From an uncultured virus (IMG/VR IMGVR_UViG_3300031766_000002) (taxonomy: Duplodnaviria; Heunggongvirae; Uroviricota; Caudoviricetes), in IMG/VR virus record IMGVR_UViG_3300031766_000002: a stretch of 64,000 nt of DNA. One strand, written 5' to 3'. This document shows positions 49,160 through 59,504 of this stretch, piece by piece (the stretch's first letter is position 1; each line of letters opens with the position of its first letter). The notes under the pieces are model-generated. The model was not told the DNA's origin and did not search any database. It was given only the letters and a program-made list of their open reading frames with translations. The translations under genes and the position numbers were made by a program.

Positions 49160-50171
49160 ACTTCCTCAAATTACTAGAGAAAGTTTTGTTGACTCCTCGC
49201 TTGTTCATCTCTTTAGCGAAATCAATAACGTTAGCCATTGATTCATTATGCTGAATTGATCCACAATATTCAACATATTTATGTATTTGCTTCTCACTCA
49301 TGTCCCCAAAGTCATTCTCTGGAGGAGGAGAAAAGAATACTTTGTCAAAATCAATTTGATCACAGAGTTTAAATATAGACTTTATCGAACCTTCAAATCC
49401 CCTGTTCGAACCTGAATTGAAATCATTATTAAACGCAACAATAATTTTATCTAAAGGCAAACTATGAAGTTTAGAAATAAACTTTGGTGAAATATTCAAG
49501 CCGAAAGAGACAAGCACGTTCTTAATACCAGCATCAAACAAAGAGATACAATCTCCAATAGATTCTACCACATATACACAACGATGCTCCTCAATAGCAG
49601 CAGAGACATCATTTATACTATAATAAGGATAAAACCAATCAGAACACCTCCCATTATGTAGCCATTTAGGTCTAGGGTCATCTGTTACCTTACGACCTGA
49701 AAACCCGTGTATCTTGCCATCAGAGCGCATAATAGGAAATATAACTCTCTGGTACATTTTACCAGACATAGCTAATCCGCATTTAAATTTTTTAAGAGTA
49801 TCTTCTGAGATCCCCCTATTAAAATAAAAATCATAATGAGGTAGCAGTCTATTCAAACAAGTGTCTGGGTATGTTTTTTCCTCACTCAAAAGATGCTTTT
49901 TTCTAGCGCGTTCATATATATTTACACTATCCGTCTTTAAATAAGAATTTAAAATATTCTTGTCGTTTGTATTGAGAGTTTTTTGAAGTAACGCCTCAAA
50001 CGGAAGAAACATAGAATCCTCCACATAATCTTTCCAGACCCCAGTGTCTTTATAAATTTGTAGGGCTGTAGTGTTATTACCAGACCTGTAAACTGCACTA
50101 GTTCTCCAATAAGAACCGTGATCTTTTAGTTTATAACCTAAGTCCTCTAAAATGGATCTGTAATCAGTCAT
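49122..50171 (-). CDS. dnaG: DnaG-type DNA primase (TOPRIM)
   Basis: RGIS, RVIFPI, GFSGR, PKW, VVESIGD..SL, AFNND. Confidence 0.85.
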   Translation of the reverse strand: MTDYRSILEDLGYKLKDHGSYWRTSAVYRSGNNTTALQIYKDTGVWKDYVEDSMFLPFEALLQKTLNTNDKNILNSYLKTDSVNIYERARKKHLLSEEKTYPDTCLNRLLPHYDFYFNRGISEDTLKKFKCGLAMSGKMYQRVIFPIMRSDGKIHGFSGRKVTDDPRPKWLHNGRCSDWFYPYYSINDVSAAIEEHRCVYVVESIGDCISLFDAGIKNVLVSFGLNISPKFISKLHSLPLDKIIVAFNNDFNSGSNRGFEGSIKSIFKLCDQIDFDKVFFSPPPENDFGDMSEKQIHKYVEYCGSIQHNESMANVIDFAKEMNKRGVNKTFSSNLRKFEKKFDFHYGEI

Positions 50172-51715
50172 TGCGAAAGGACCATTGGAATATCGTCATT
50201 CTCTTGATTAGTCTCTAAAGAAACATCCATATTATTAGCAGAGTTTACAATATCTTGAAGATCACCCCTTTCATCAACCCTAAAGTTTTCAATATTCAAG
50301 TTTATGAAATTCTTCCGATTAGATCCATCTGGCATTTCTACAGGATTGATTGCACGAAGAGCATCTTTACCCAAGTGCCTAGCTTTTAGATTGACTAACT
50401 TGTGAGTGCCGAAACGATCTCCATCTTCATGAATTTCATCTGGTATCTTTCTCCTCAATAAAAACAAGTGAGAACAAAACTGAGTGATCCCATCTGAAAG
50501 AGAAACCACACTTTCATCATCGACTATCGAATCTGCTCCCCTATTACCCGTTATACCAAGCCTATTTGCTTGGACAGAGGTCATCATTGAAACACAAGGC
50601 TTACCATCAAAACATAAATCCCTATGAATCGTTTGTTTAAACAAATGGACCATTGAAGCGACTTGTTGCCAACCATCATTTTTACCCAGATTATTAAAAT
50701 CTGTTTTGATGTAATCAAAGCTAAAGATCATCCTATTACCCCTGCCTACTTTAGAGTAATAGAATCTTTTCAAGTAAGAACACATTTCTTCAGCAGACAT
50801 CCCAGCGACATTTTGGTAATAGAATTTCATCTTACCTGACTTAATCTGATCCCAAGCATTGCGAACTTTTTCTACGACCTGTTCTACAGTCCAGTCTTTA
50901 TAACTAGATGTTCTCCACTTACCACTTTGTAAAAGATAAATTGGTATACCTGTCATCGCAGAACACTGACGAAGAGTTAACTCTTCTTCGCTCATCTCTC
51001 CATTGTCGAAGTGAAGAATAGGGATATCATATTTAGCACCAGTTCTAGTTGTATAATCCATACAAAATTGAGTTTTACCAACGCCAGAGCGAGCAACAAT
51101 GACAGAAATGTTACCTTCTAAAAGAAGAGACCCGTAAACATCATTGATGCGTTGGTGTGGTCCCATTAAACCCGTTTCTTCGATAGGATTATTGCCTCTA
51201 TCTTCGACCAACTCTTCCATAATATCAAATAGATTGATTGGACCGTCATCATTAAATTCAAACTCCTTGATATTCTTGTTATAGATCTCGTCAGACTTGT
51301 CGATAATCTCTGAATACTTGAGATTTGGATCTACCTTCTTGACATAAGCAGCTACGTTTTTTGCAGCGAAATAAATTTCTCTACGAGCAGAGAACTTCTT
51401 TAATTCTCTCACCGAAGAGATAAAGATTTCTTCAGTTATCTTGTGATAAACCAAAGAGCGTATATATTCTGGAAGATCAATACTATCTGGGAAGCTAACC
51501 TTCAGCTGATCCAATCTTGGTATAAGTATAGTATCATCTATAGTCTCCGCATTATCCAAAGCATTTCGAATGAGCTTGAAGATAGAAAGATTTACAACAG
51601 AATCATCACTAAAGAAATCTTTTTCATTTAGGAAGACTGAAACTTCAGCCCACTTGTGAGGGTGCTGGAGAAGACCTTTTAAAACGGTCTTCTCTAAGTC
51701 TAAGCTAGCTATCAT
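50168..51715 (-). CDS. dnaB: Replicative DnaB-like helicase
   Basis: LEK.VL.GL, ARSGVGKT, NGEM, FDYIK, VQANR, KARH. Confidence 0.88.
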   Translation of the reverse strand: MIASLDLEKTVLKGLLQHPHKWAEVSVFLNEKDFFSDDSVVNLSIFKLIRNALDNAETIDDTILIPRLDQLKVSFPDSIDLPEYIRSLVYHKITEEIFISSVRELKKFSARREIYFAAKNVAAYVKKVDPNLKYSEIIDKSDEIYNKNIKEFEFNDDGPINLFDIMEELVEDRGNNPIEETGLMGPHQRINDVYGSLLLEGNISVIVARSGVGKTQFCMDYTTRTGAKYDIPILHFDNGEMSEEELTLRQCSAMTGIPIYLLQSGKWRTSSYKDWTVEQVVEKVRNAWDQIKSGKMKFYYQNVAGMSAEEMCSYLKRFYYSKVGRGNRMIFSFDYIKTDFNNLGKNDGWQQVASMVHLFKQTIHRDLCFDGKPCVSMMTSVQANRLGITGNRGADSIVDDESVVSLSDGITQFCSHLFLLRRKIPDEIHEDGDRFGTHKLVNLKARHLGKDALRAINPVEMPDGSNRKNFINLNIENFRVDERGDLQDIVNSANNMDVSLETNQENDDIPMVLSQ

Positions 51716-51933
51716 TCTCCCACCTCCTTCTCTTGAGATATTTCAACCAACTTAGTTAGAGCCATATCAACACAAGCGTTGTCTGTTTTAGTGGCGAAAG
51801 TAGGATGACCTGATTCATTTATGTAAAATAAAAAGAAGCCCTTGTTCCCCCCACTTGGAGAACCAGTGCAGTCGAACAATTTAGTAAGAATACTTTGAGG
51901 TAAAGTATTTTCTGTTTTATCAAAAAGGCTCAT
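51712..51933 (-). CDS. Hypothetical protein
   Basis: ORF track, translationally coupled. Confidence 0.6.
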   Translation of the reverse strand: MSLFDKTENTLPQSILTKLFDCTGSPSGGNKGFFLFYINESGHPTFATKTDNACVDMALTKLVEISQEKEVGE

Positions 51934-52337
51934 ATTACGTCCAACTTGTTTAGTAGATCTTCATTGAGAGTATCCTTCTCCAGTATTCTTACAAGTCTAA
52001 TTTTGTTAATTTCACAAAAATACTCCTTCTTTTCATCTCTCTGCAATTGCGACAAGAAATTCTGCCTAGAGTTAGAATGAAAAAATTTATTATATTTGTA
52101 ATGCTGATTGCCATCAACCTCTATTGCAAGTTTTTTGTTTGCATTATAAAAGTCTATAGTCATTCTAGTCCCAAGAACAGGAAGCTCTTCAAAAACTATA
52201 TCAGAGATCCAGTGTGAGTATAAAAGGTCTTTTACTCTTTTTTGGATTTTACTACGACATTTCTTGTCCCAGTTAATTAAATATTTGGAAGAGTTTTTTA
52301 GCTTCTGTTCACGACCAGTTGTCGTCAAAAAAATCAT
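51930..52337 (-). CDS. DUF559/Vsr-like endonuclease
   Basis: DFY....LAIEVDG.QH, RD..K...C....I.L.RI. Confidence 0.75.
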   Translation of the reverse strand: MIFLTTTGREQKLKNSSKYLINWDKKCRSKIQKRVKDLLYSHWISDIVFEELPVLGTRMTIDFYNANKKLAIEVDGNQHYKYNKFFHSNSRQNFLSQLQRDEKKEYFCEINKIRLVRILEKDTLNEDLLNKLDVI

Positions 52338-53461
52338 ACAAAAATATTCTCAGCAATGAACAAGTGCATCCCTTTGGTGATTTCTTCATTGTTCTCCAAA
52401 AGGTCATAGAGAGATTTCATTCCTTGATACTTCTCTTGAACTTCGATCCCCCTATCACCAAGATACTTGATAAGCTCGTCATCAATCTTGAACCAAGAAC
52501 CAGACTTTTCAATGAAGTTCCACATTAGAAGCATTTCGATAATCTCACGCTCAATCCAAATAGATTTTCCGTCTAATCGACCATGCTTAATTGGATATCG
52601 GATACGCATTCCAGTACTTTCGTTCGTGGACTTTTGAATATGAACTTTAGCGTAATGACCTATAATAGAATTCTCTGGACTTGGCCTTGCTTTTTGATCT
52701 TGTAAAATTAGATCAGATTGATTTCTTTTTTCAAAGTTTATGATCCAATCTGGATAGTGAAGAGCTGCATTGCCACCGCTAGAATTAGTTTGGTTGTTTG
52801 GATCACTAGCAGCATACTGACTCGTTTTGATAGTTGACCGAACCTGAGAGATCATAATGCACATATGACCAAACTTACCCATACCAAGACTAACTCGCTT
52901 CAAAAAATCAGAAGTTAGAGCAGCACCTGCTGCAACTTTTGCTGCATCACTAGTGGTCTTCTCTAAATCAGATTTAGGGAGCAAGCCATCCATACTGTCG
53001 ATGACAATGCAAAATCTTTCTTTGTCTGGATTATTCCTTAGTAATTCTCTAAGGCCATCGAAAACTGTATCATAAATGTTACACTCCCAGACAAGACAAG
53101 TTCCTAACTCCCAATCGTCTGGATCACTTACAAATTTTAAACCAGAACGTTTCTGGATATCTTCTGATAAACGACCTTCTGCTTTAATATAGAGACCCTT
53201 TGTGTCTTCTACAGTCTCTAGCATGTTCTTCATAACATGAAGGGCTTCGTTCGTTTTACCTCCCTCGTTGCAGCCAATAAAACGCTGTAGTCCAGCACCA
53301 AGCCCACCACCGACAAACTGGTCTAGAATTAGAGAGCCAGTTGAAACTAAATAAGGCTTTGCTGTTTCTTCAAAGTTATAATGAAAATCTTTATTGCTCT
53401 TAAAAAACTTCGACATAAATTCCGAAGTACCAACTTTTTCTTTTACACTTTTCTTACTCAT
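52334..53461 (-). CDS. recA: RecA-family recombinase (divergent phage type)
   Basis: STGSLILD..GGG, G.NEGGKT, IKAEG, VIDS, ISQVR, SGGNAALHY, GSWF. Confidence 0.85.
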   Translation of the reverse strand: MSKKSVKEKVGTSEFMSKFFKSNKDFHYNFEETAKPYLVSTGSLILDQFVGGGLGAGLQRFIGCNEGGKTNEALHVMKNMLETVEDTKGLYIKAEGRLSEDIQKRSGLKFVSDPDDWELGTCLVWECNIYDTVFDGLRELLRNNPDKERFCIVIDSMDGLLPKSDLEKTTSDAAKVAAGAALTSDFLKRVSLGMGKFGHMCIMISQVRSTIKTSQYAASDPNNQTNSSGGNAALHYPDWIINFEKRNQSDLILQDQKARPSPENSIIGHYAKVHIQKSTNESTGMRIRYPIKHGRLDGKSIWIEREIIEMLLMWNFIEKSGSWFKIDDELIKYLGDRGIEVQEKYQGMKSLYDLLENNEEITKGMHLFIAENIFV

Positions 53462-53900
53462 CTAAAAAATCTCTCAGGGTTTTTCTTTTTTCGATCAACA
53501 TATCCTCTCCTGATTTGATCTTTTGGTCAACCATTTTTTCGGAGTTTTTTGGCTTATAGTGAAATTCCTTGTGCTTTTTGTCTAAATAGTCTAAACCCTC
53601 CTTAGATAAGAAGTACTTTATTGAACGATCAAACTTAAAGGGAGCTTTGACCTTTAGCAAAAAGTCAACGTCATTTTTGAACCGCTTGAACAGCTTTGTA
53701 GCTGCGATCATATCCAATTTGTAGTTAATAGAAGGCTGGTCATTCAGCATCTTCCTTATAAACTGTTGCCTCTCTTTAAAATAAGTAGGGCTTTTGGGTG
53801 TTTTTTTTTGATTTTTAAAAGCGAATCCACATTCACAGACTAGAGAACGAGAAGAACATAAGGCAGAACATTTGGGACACTCTTTTTTACCTCTTGGCAT
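53454..53900 (-). CDS. Hypothetical protein with an N-terminal zinc ribbon
   Basis: KECPKC...CECG. Confidence 0.6.
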   Translation of the reverse strand: MPRGKKECPKCSALCSSRSLVCECGFAFKNQKKTPKSPTYFKERQQFIRKMLNDQPSINYKLDMIAATKLFKRFKNDVDFLLKVKAPFKFDRSIKYFLSKEGLDYLDKKHKEFHYKPKNSEKMVDQKIKSGEDMLIEKRKTLRDFLDE

Positions 53901-53909
53901 AAGAGCATC

Positions 53910-54938
53910 CTAATATGACTCAATATCGTTTGCAACCATTTTTCTAACCAAACCCAAAAAATCTGTTTTCGGAGACCATCCCAGTTCCTTCCTAGCCGAA
54001 TCAGAAGAACCTAAAAGTAAATCTACTTCAGCAGGACGATAAAAAGCTGGGTTAATCTGTACTAATACCTTATCTTCGTGGTAATACTTCTCGTTAACAC
54101 TATAACCCTCCCACCGACACTGTTCTTTAGCAAATCCTGCAAAGTTGAAAGCCTCCTCAACAAATTCTCTAATGGAGTGCGTTTCGTCTGAAGATAAGAC
54201 ATATTCTTTTGGCTCTTTTTGATTAAGCATCAGCCAAACACCATGCACAAAGTCTTCTGCATCACTCCAATCTCGCTTTGCGTCCACGTTCCCTAACTCA
54301 AGAGGTTTGAAATCACCGCTAGGGTATTCTTTTTGAATACGAGCTACATTTTTGGTAATCTTGCGCGTCACAAACTCTTCACCTCGACGAGTGCCTTCAT
54401 GATTGAAAAGCCAGCCTTGAATAGCGAAAAGCCTATAAGACTCCCTCCAAACCTTTACTAAGTGCCTAGCACTAGCCTTAGAAACACCATATGGACTCCT
54501 TGGGCGCAATGGATGAAGTTCTGACTGAGGAGCATGCAAAACGTCTCCAAACTCCTCTGAAGACCCAGCATTATAGTAACGACATTTGGGACAGTATTTA
54601 CGGATTGCTTCAAGCTGATACAGAACAGCCATAGCGTTTGTCTCCATATGATTGACTGGCATTTTCCAGCTAACACCTACAAAAGAATTAGCAGCAAAAT
54701 TGATAAAGTAATCTGGCTTCTCTTCCGCGATAACCATCTCCGTGTTAGCTTGATCGGCAACGTCTAAGTCAATAAGTTTGAAGCGTGGATTATCTACCAG
54801 ATGAGCAATATTACTATGATTTTTGACACTTAAACGCCGAACTCCAGCGATAATAGTGTGTTCAGTATTCTTCAAAAGGTAGTCTGCCATGAAGCTACCA
54901 TCTTGACCTGTTACTCCTGTAATTATTACTTTCTTCAT
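53910..54938 (-). CDS. gmd: GDP-mannose 4,6-dehydratase
   Basis: ITGVTGQDGS, SFVG.SW, SSEEFG, PRSPYGVSK, LFNHE..RRG.EFVTRKI, LGN.DAKRDW, RPAEVD.L.G. Confidence 0.93.
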   Translation of the reverse strand: MKKVIITGVTGQDGSFMADYLLKNTEHTIIAGVRRLSVKNHSNIAHLVDNPRFKLIDLDVADQANTEMVIAEEKPDYFINFAANSFVGVSWKMPVNHMETNAMAVLYQLEAIRKYCPKCRYYNAGSSEEFGDVLHAPQSELHPLRPRSPYGVSKASARHLVKVWRESYRLFAIQGWLFNHEGTRRGEEFVTRKITKNVARIQKEYPSGDFKPLELGNVDAKRDWSDAEDFVHGVWLMLNQKEPKEYVLSSDETHSIREFVEEAFNFAGFAKEQCRWEGYSVNEKYYHEDKVLVQINPAFYRPAEVDLLLGSSDSARKELGWSPKTDFLGLVRKMVANDIESY

Positions 54939-54941
54939 TTT

Positions 54942-55610
54942 TTAATTCCAATTAACGGTTTTTTGAGGGGCGAGAATATACCCAGTATGATCTCCTTCAG
55001 ATGGATTCCAATCAACATCTAATTTTAAAAGACCATGTTTTTCTGAAAAAATTTCATAATTTAAATCTTTTAAATTGTTGAAATCAAAACCACCGTCTTC
55101 TGGCCAGACCCAATGAGGACAATCTTCATAGTTTTGATTATCCATATGCCTAGCTTGAGCGTGAATTTCAACATATACGATTGGCTTTGCTAGTCTAAAT
55201 ATATTGACGAGCGAATTTAAAACTAAAGACTCCATGCCTTCAATATCAATCTTCATGAAAGTTGGAGCCTCCAAATTATTTTTGCTTATAAAGTGGTTAA
55301 TATCAACATAGGTGATATCTTGTTCTGCATCATGTTCTTCTGTCCTACAGTCTCTAAATTTAGTCCTGCAAGAGTAGGATTTATCAAGTAATGCAACATT
55401 GAAATATTCCACATTAGAATATTTAGATGTGTTTAACTTTAAATCTTCAAAATTTTTAAAACATGGTTCAAATGCATATATTTTTTTAGGGTTTTTACTT
55501 TGGTTAAAGAACTCTATAGTTTCCCCAATATGCGCTCCAATGTCATAAACAACAGAGGATTCATTAATAAAGTTTAAATATGCAGCTTTTTCTATTTGTC
55601 TAAAGGTCAT
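54942..55610 (-). CDS. FkbM-family SAM-dependent methyltransferase
   Basis: YDIGAHIG, AFEP, KIDIEGME, VEIH. Confidence 0.85.
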   Translation of the reverse strand: MTFRQIEKAAYLNFINESSVVYDIGAHIGETIEFFNQSKNPKKIYAFEPCFKNFEDLKLNTSKYSNVEYFNVALLDKSYSCRTKFRDCRTEEHDAEQDITYVDINHFISKNNLEAPTFMKIDIEGMESLVLNSLVNIFRLAKPIVYVEIHAQARHMDNQNYEDCPHWVWPEDGGFDFNNLKDLNYEIFSEKHGLLKLDVDWNPSEGDHTGYILAPQKTVNWN

Positions 55611-55632
55611 TTCTCCGATTGTTTAATAAATT

Positions 55633-55974
55633 TTATGTTTTAAATTCTGTTGATTGGCTTTCTGGGAAAAATTTATTTCTAAATTTTTGCTTGGCATTAT
55701 ATCTATCCATATTGCAATCATCAACTTCTTTGGCTGTTATTTTGCCATAACGAGCTTCATCTACAGCTTTAAAAGTTTTTTGATTAACTTTAACCATATC
55801 CTCATATTCTTTGGATGAAATTAAATTATCCCAAAAATCTTTGGAGAACTGACTTGATAAGTATTCAAAACATTCAAGCCAAATCTGCGTTTGATCTGGA
55901 TTATTATTTTTCTTAACTTCAAGAATTGCCAAATAATCAAAAGCATATCCTTCATCAACTTTTAAAGTAATCAT
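55633..55974 (-). CDS. Small helical protein of glycosylation loci (DUF6165-like)
   Basis: I...V..G..FD.L.ILEVK ... N..R...K. Confidence 0.55.
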   Translation of the reverse strand: MITLKVDEGYAFDYLAILEVKKNNNPDQTQIWLECFEYLSSQFSKDFWDNLISSKEYEDMVKVNQKTFKAVDEARYGKITAKEVDDCNMDRYNAKQKFRNKFFPESQSTEFKT

Positions 55975-56795
55975 TTTGTTAGTAAATTAATATAGTTAAA
56001 AATAGTTTCTAAGCTTATATTACCGACATAATCAGACTCTAAGTATAGAGCATTTGGATTAATCGGAGTTCTATTGTAAAGTGGTGCGTGAATTGGATAA
56101 GATTTACTGGAATAAAGACCAAGAACATTTTGCTTATACCCAGACATGATCCAATTCATTCCAGTATCAGTCGTTAGAACCATTTTGCATGAAGCTGCTA
56201 TAATAACATCTTCAATAACACTTCCTCCTATTGGTTCATATGTGGTATTTAATTTTTCGTGATTTTTTAATCCAAGTTGAATTGTTTCATAACCAAGACT
56301 ATGGATATAGTCTATTATCTTATTACAAAAATCTTTTGGTATATCTCTAATGCCAGTCGCGCTAGAAAAAGCTGTAATTGCTATGCAATTTTTGTATTTT
56401 TTATCTAAATCAAACCAACGCTCCAAATCTATTTTTAGGTCTTCGATTTTTCCTAATCCATGATTATTTGCGAATGCTTGGATGTGATGAGTTTTCGTAT
56501 ACCATTGTTGATCTATGTGACAAGACATGGGATTAAAAATATAATCATATTCGCTAGAATAATCATCCAAAAATTTCTTATCAATTTTTGTGGGCCAATC
56601 ATCATAGCCATCCCATATTTTTATGTCATCAATGTATTTATTTTCTTTAAATATATCTTTGCAAGATTCGTATTTTTTATTAATTCCAAATGTAATATGG
56701 CTATCTGGAAAGATGTTTTTAAATCTTTTACACAGAACCACCTGCATAGCCAAATCTCCTATTTGGCCTTGATTGAATCCTAAAGCCTTTATCAT
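55971..56795 (-). CDS. GT9 (heptosyltransferase-like) glycosyltransferase
   Basis: GQIGDL......K..FP, IQLG, TTDTGM.W. Confidence 0.75.
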   Translation of the reverse strand: MIKALGFNQGQIGDLAMQVVLCKRFKNIFPDSHITFGINKKYESCKDIFKENKYIDDIKIWDGYDDWPTKIDKKFLDDYSSEYDYIFNPMSCHIDQQWYTKTHHIQAFANNHGLGKIEDLKIDLERWFDLDKKYKNCIAITAFSSATGIRDIPKDFCNKIIDYIHSLGYETIQLGLKNHEKLNTTYEPIGGSVIEDVIIAASCKMVLTTDTGMNWIMSGYKQNVLGLYSSKSYPIHAPLYNRTPINPNALYLESDYVGNISLETIFNYINLLTK

Positions 56796-57385
56796 TGGAA
56801 ATTTTTTAAAATATCTGAATGCTCAATGTCTGATAGGTAAGTTAGATTAATATCAGGAAAATATTTTTCGTTTATATACCAATCTTCAACAGCTCCATGT
56901 GGGCTTAAATTAACATTGTTGACCAATCTTTTGTATCCAAGCTCGCTAAATATTTCGAATCCTAGATCTTTTAATTCTGGTCCATTTGCATATAAATCAT
57001 GTTCGAATGTAATAAATTTAAATTGAAAATTTTTAAATGGAAATTTTTTAATTACATGATTGCTTGCTTCATCAATATCAAAAGAAAAATAATCTATCAA
57101 ATCTGGGCAGTTATGTTTCTTTAACAAAAGCTCAATATCACAGATAGTCAAATCAGTACATTCAGAGCTAGTGGATCTATATTTTTTAAAAATTGAAATT
57201 AAATAAGGGTCGATATCAATTGACAAACCATTCCATCCAATTTGCTCAAGCAAAAGGGTATTGTTTCCACATGGATTATTTGTAGAAACGCCATCCCCAG
57301 ATCCGAAATCTAAGAAAAAACCTTTTTTATTTTTAAATAAATGAGCCACAATTTTATCTTGTGACATTTGAGAGTAAGAATTCAT
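56792..57385 (-). CDS. FkbM-like methyltransferase
   Basis: YSQ..QD, GFFLDFGSGDG....NT.LLE..GW.GL.ID, IDY.S.DID, ITFEHD, EDWY. Confidence 0.8.
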   Translation of the reverse strand: MNSYSQMSQDKIVAHLFKNKKGFFLDFGSGDGVSTNNPCGNNTLLLEQIGWNGLSIDIDPYLISIFKKYRSTSSECTDLTICDIELLLKKHNCPDLIDYFSFDIDEASNHVIKKFPFKNFQFKFITFEHDLYANGPELKDLGFEIFSELGYKRLVNNVNLSPHGAVEDWYINEKYFPDINLTYLSDIEHSDILKNFQ

Positions 57386-58203
57386 AGTTTAAAAGTCTTT
57401 TGTGTTGAATTATTGTAAGGAAATATCGAAGAAATTCTATTTTCTAAAATATTTTTTAAGCCAACCACAAAGTATTGAGGATCAGAGTAAAGAGGCAAAC
57501 CCCTCTCTTGGAATGGCAACCACCTTGCTTTAATCATCGGATTAGTTGCTCCCACTTGTGAATAGTAGTCAGCAGTTTCTATTGTAGGGACTCCATTTGC
57601 ATAAGCCATATATTTAAAGCCAGAATCAATAGTTACAAAAGCTTTAGCTTCCATTACGGTAATACATGCCTCATCAATACTAGAGCAAACTATTTTAACT
57701 TTATCCAAAACATCAGAGTAACGCTCTTTTTCTTTTTCTGTACAAATCGCGACTAGCTTATTGCCAGTATCATAAAGAGAGTTGACCAGTTTAGTAATAT
57801 AATCCTTCTTAAGGTTTTTTGGCTCCCATAAATTATGAGTCAAATGAAGACAAACGTAATCGCCCTTTTCAACCTTAATCTCTGGCCTTGGAAAATAATA
57901 AAACCTACTCAACCAATCAAAGTCATAAGTAGTCCACTTCATTTTATCTATGTGAAGATCATAGAAGTAATCAAAGTCCTGCTCTTCTATCTCGCTCCAG
58001 AAACAATACCTATCAGACACACTTGAATAAAAATCTTCTAATACAGAAAGCTGGTAAGTCTCTCCTCTATCATTATCAAAAGCAAAAGTGATATGACAAT
58101 CAGGGTGATGTTCTCTGATGGCAGGGATAAATCTATTAGACAAAAGACAATCTCCTAATCCACCTTCAGCTCTGACTAAGACTAGTGGTTTAGATTGTGT
58201 CAT
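57382..58203 (-). CDS. GT9 (heptosyltransferase-like) glycosyltransferase; probable start MTQSKP
   Basis: GGLGD.L...FIPAIR..HP, FVTIDSGF..MA.A.GVPTI. Confidence 0.75.
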   Translation of the reverse strand: MTQSKPLVLVRAEGGLGDCLLSNRFIPAIREHHPDCHITFAFDNDRGETYQLSVLEDFYSSVSDRYCFWSEIEEQDFDYFYDLHIDKMKWTTYDFDWLSRFYYFPRPEIKVEKGDYVCLHLTHNLWEPKNLKKDYITKLVNSLYDTGNKLVAICTEKEKERYSDVLDKVKIVCSSIDEACITVMEAKAFVTIDSGFKYMAYANGVPTIETADYYSQVGATNPMIKARWLPFQERGLPLYSDPQYFVVGLKNILENRISSIFPYNNSTQKTFKL

Positions 58204-58801
58204 AGAGGTCGTTTTGTTTTTCTTGTTTTTGAATATCCTTAACATGAAGAATGCAAAAATGCTCAATAGGTTCACTAGATAATTTAGCTTGATTCTTCGC
58301 TCCCGCTAAAACCTCATGAACTTTATTTTGCCACTTAACATGGCCTTTAGTGGAAACGAAACGAGACTGAAAATCAGGGAATCCTTCCCAGCCCATTTCG
58401 TTTATTGTCCAGTTATATTTTTTGATGTGTTCTTCTGTCGCCCCGCGAACGACATTAATCCTTGGAATCCAAAGAAGATCAATATCTCCTTTTTGCACTA
58501 CTGCCCTTAATGCATTTAATAAAGACGGTGGTATTTGTTCATCAGCGTCAATCTGCATCAAATAATCTTTTGTAGATAACTCAAATAATGTATTCTTAAA
58601 CTCAGAAAAATCTTTTTTAAAATCAAAGTAGTTTACTGTCAACCCGCAAAGTTCACAGAACTCTTCAATCTCTTTCGTTACTTTGTTCTTATCTGCCAAT
58701 ATGACAATCTCTTCGTCTGGTAAAACATATGGCTCAAGTGAATTAATTAATCTTTTAAATTCAAAGAACTCGTCTGCTACCGTTATTCCGTAAGTGATCA
58801 T
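58190..58801 (-). CDS. GT2-like glycosyltransferase
   Basis: DFSEFKN, QIDADE, PRIN, FPD.Q.R, W..KVHE. Confidence 0.8.
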   Translation of the reverse strand: MITYGITVADEFFEFKRLINSLEPYVLPDEEIVILADKNKVTKEIEEFCELCGLTVNYFDFKKDFSEFKNTLFELSTKDYLMQIDADEQIPPSLLNALRAVVQKGDIDLLWIPRINVVRGATEEHIKKYNWTINEMGWEGFPDFQSRFVSTKGHVKWQNKVHEVLAGAKNQAKLSSEPIEHFCILHVKDIQKQEKQNDLYDTI

Positions 58802-58838
58802 AAAAAACTCCTTCTAGGTAAGCACAACCTAGAAGGAG
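58802..58838 (-). terminator. Intrinsic terminator after Hsp20
   Basis: Perfect 11-bp CTCCTTCTAGG/CCTAGAAGGAG stem plus T6 on the minus strand. Confidence 0.8.
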
Positions 58839-58860
58839 CGATATAAGTCACCTCAAAGTT

Positions 58861-59287
58861 TTACTTAACTTCAATCATTATATCTTTTTTCTCCTCTTTC
58901 TCTAGAGGTATTTTGACTCTCAGTAGGCCATTTTTGTATTCTGCCTGAATGGAGTCTTTATCAACGTTCTGGTGCAAGGTAAAGTGCTTCTTGACAGATC
59001 GTCGAGATATTTTTCTATGGTAGAATTCAGCATCATCATCTTTTTGATGAGACGCTGCCTCAATCTTTAAGGTTTGGCCAGATACATATACAGAAATATC
59101 TCCCTGATCTAATCCGACCAATGCAAACTCAAGAATGAAATTATCATCCTTGTCTTTATAAGCATCAAAAGGCTCTGAGCCTGAATACAATGGAGAGTTA
59201 GCTTGATTAGCTAACGATTGCATACGCTTAAAGATATCTCCCTCAAAAACCAAGGGAGCCAACATTTTGTTTATCATCATTGTCATA
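58861..59287 (-). CDS. Small heat-shock protein (Hsp20/alpha-crystallin)
   Basis: LEFALVG....DI.V, R.IS.R...F.L, A.YKNGLL.V.IP. The ATG at 59287 is preferred over the TTG at 59349. Confidence 0.88.
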
Positions 59288-59504
59288 CTACTATTTTTAG
59301 TTAGTTTTGTTTTTCTAGCCCCATTTGGGTGCTGGAAATTCTCAGACAATAGAGATACACTAAATCAATCCTCGTCGAATTGTGCTTCGTCGATACGATC
59401 TAGTATAAATGCTATTGTTTCGTCGAGTTCTACCTCGTCTGTAAAATTAATTTCTGGTTCGGTCATAGTGCATGTATATACACAATCCAGAACCTTGGGG
59501 AAAT

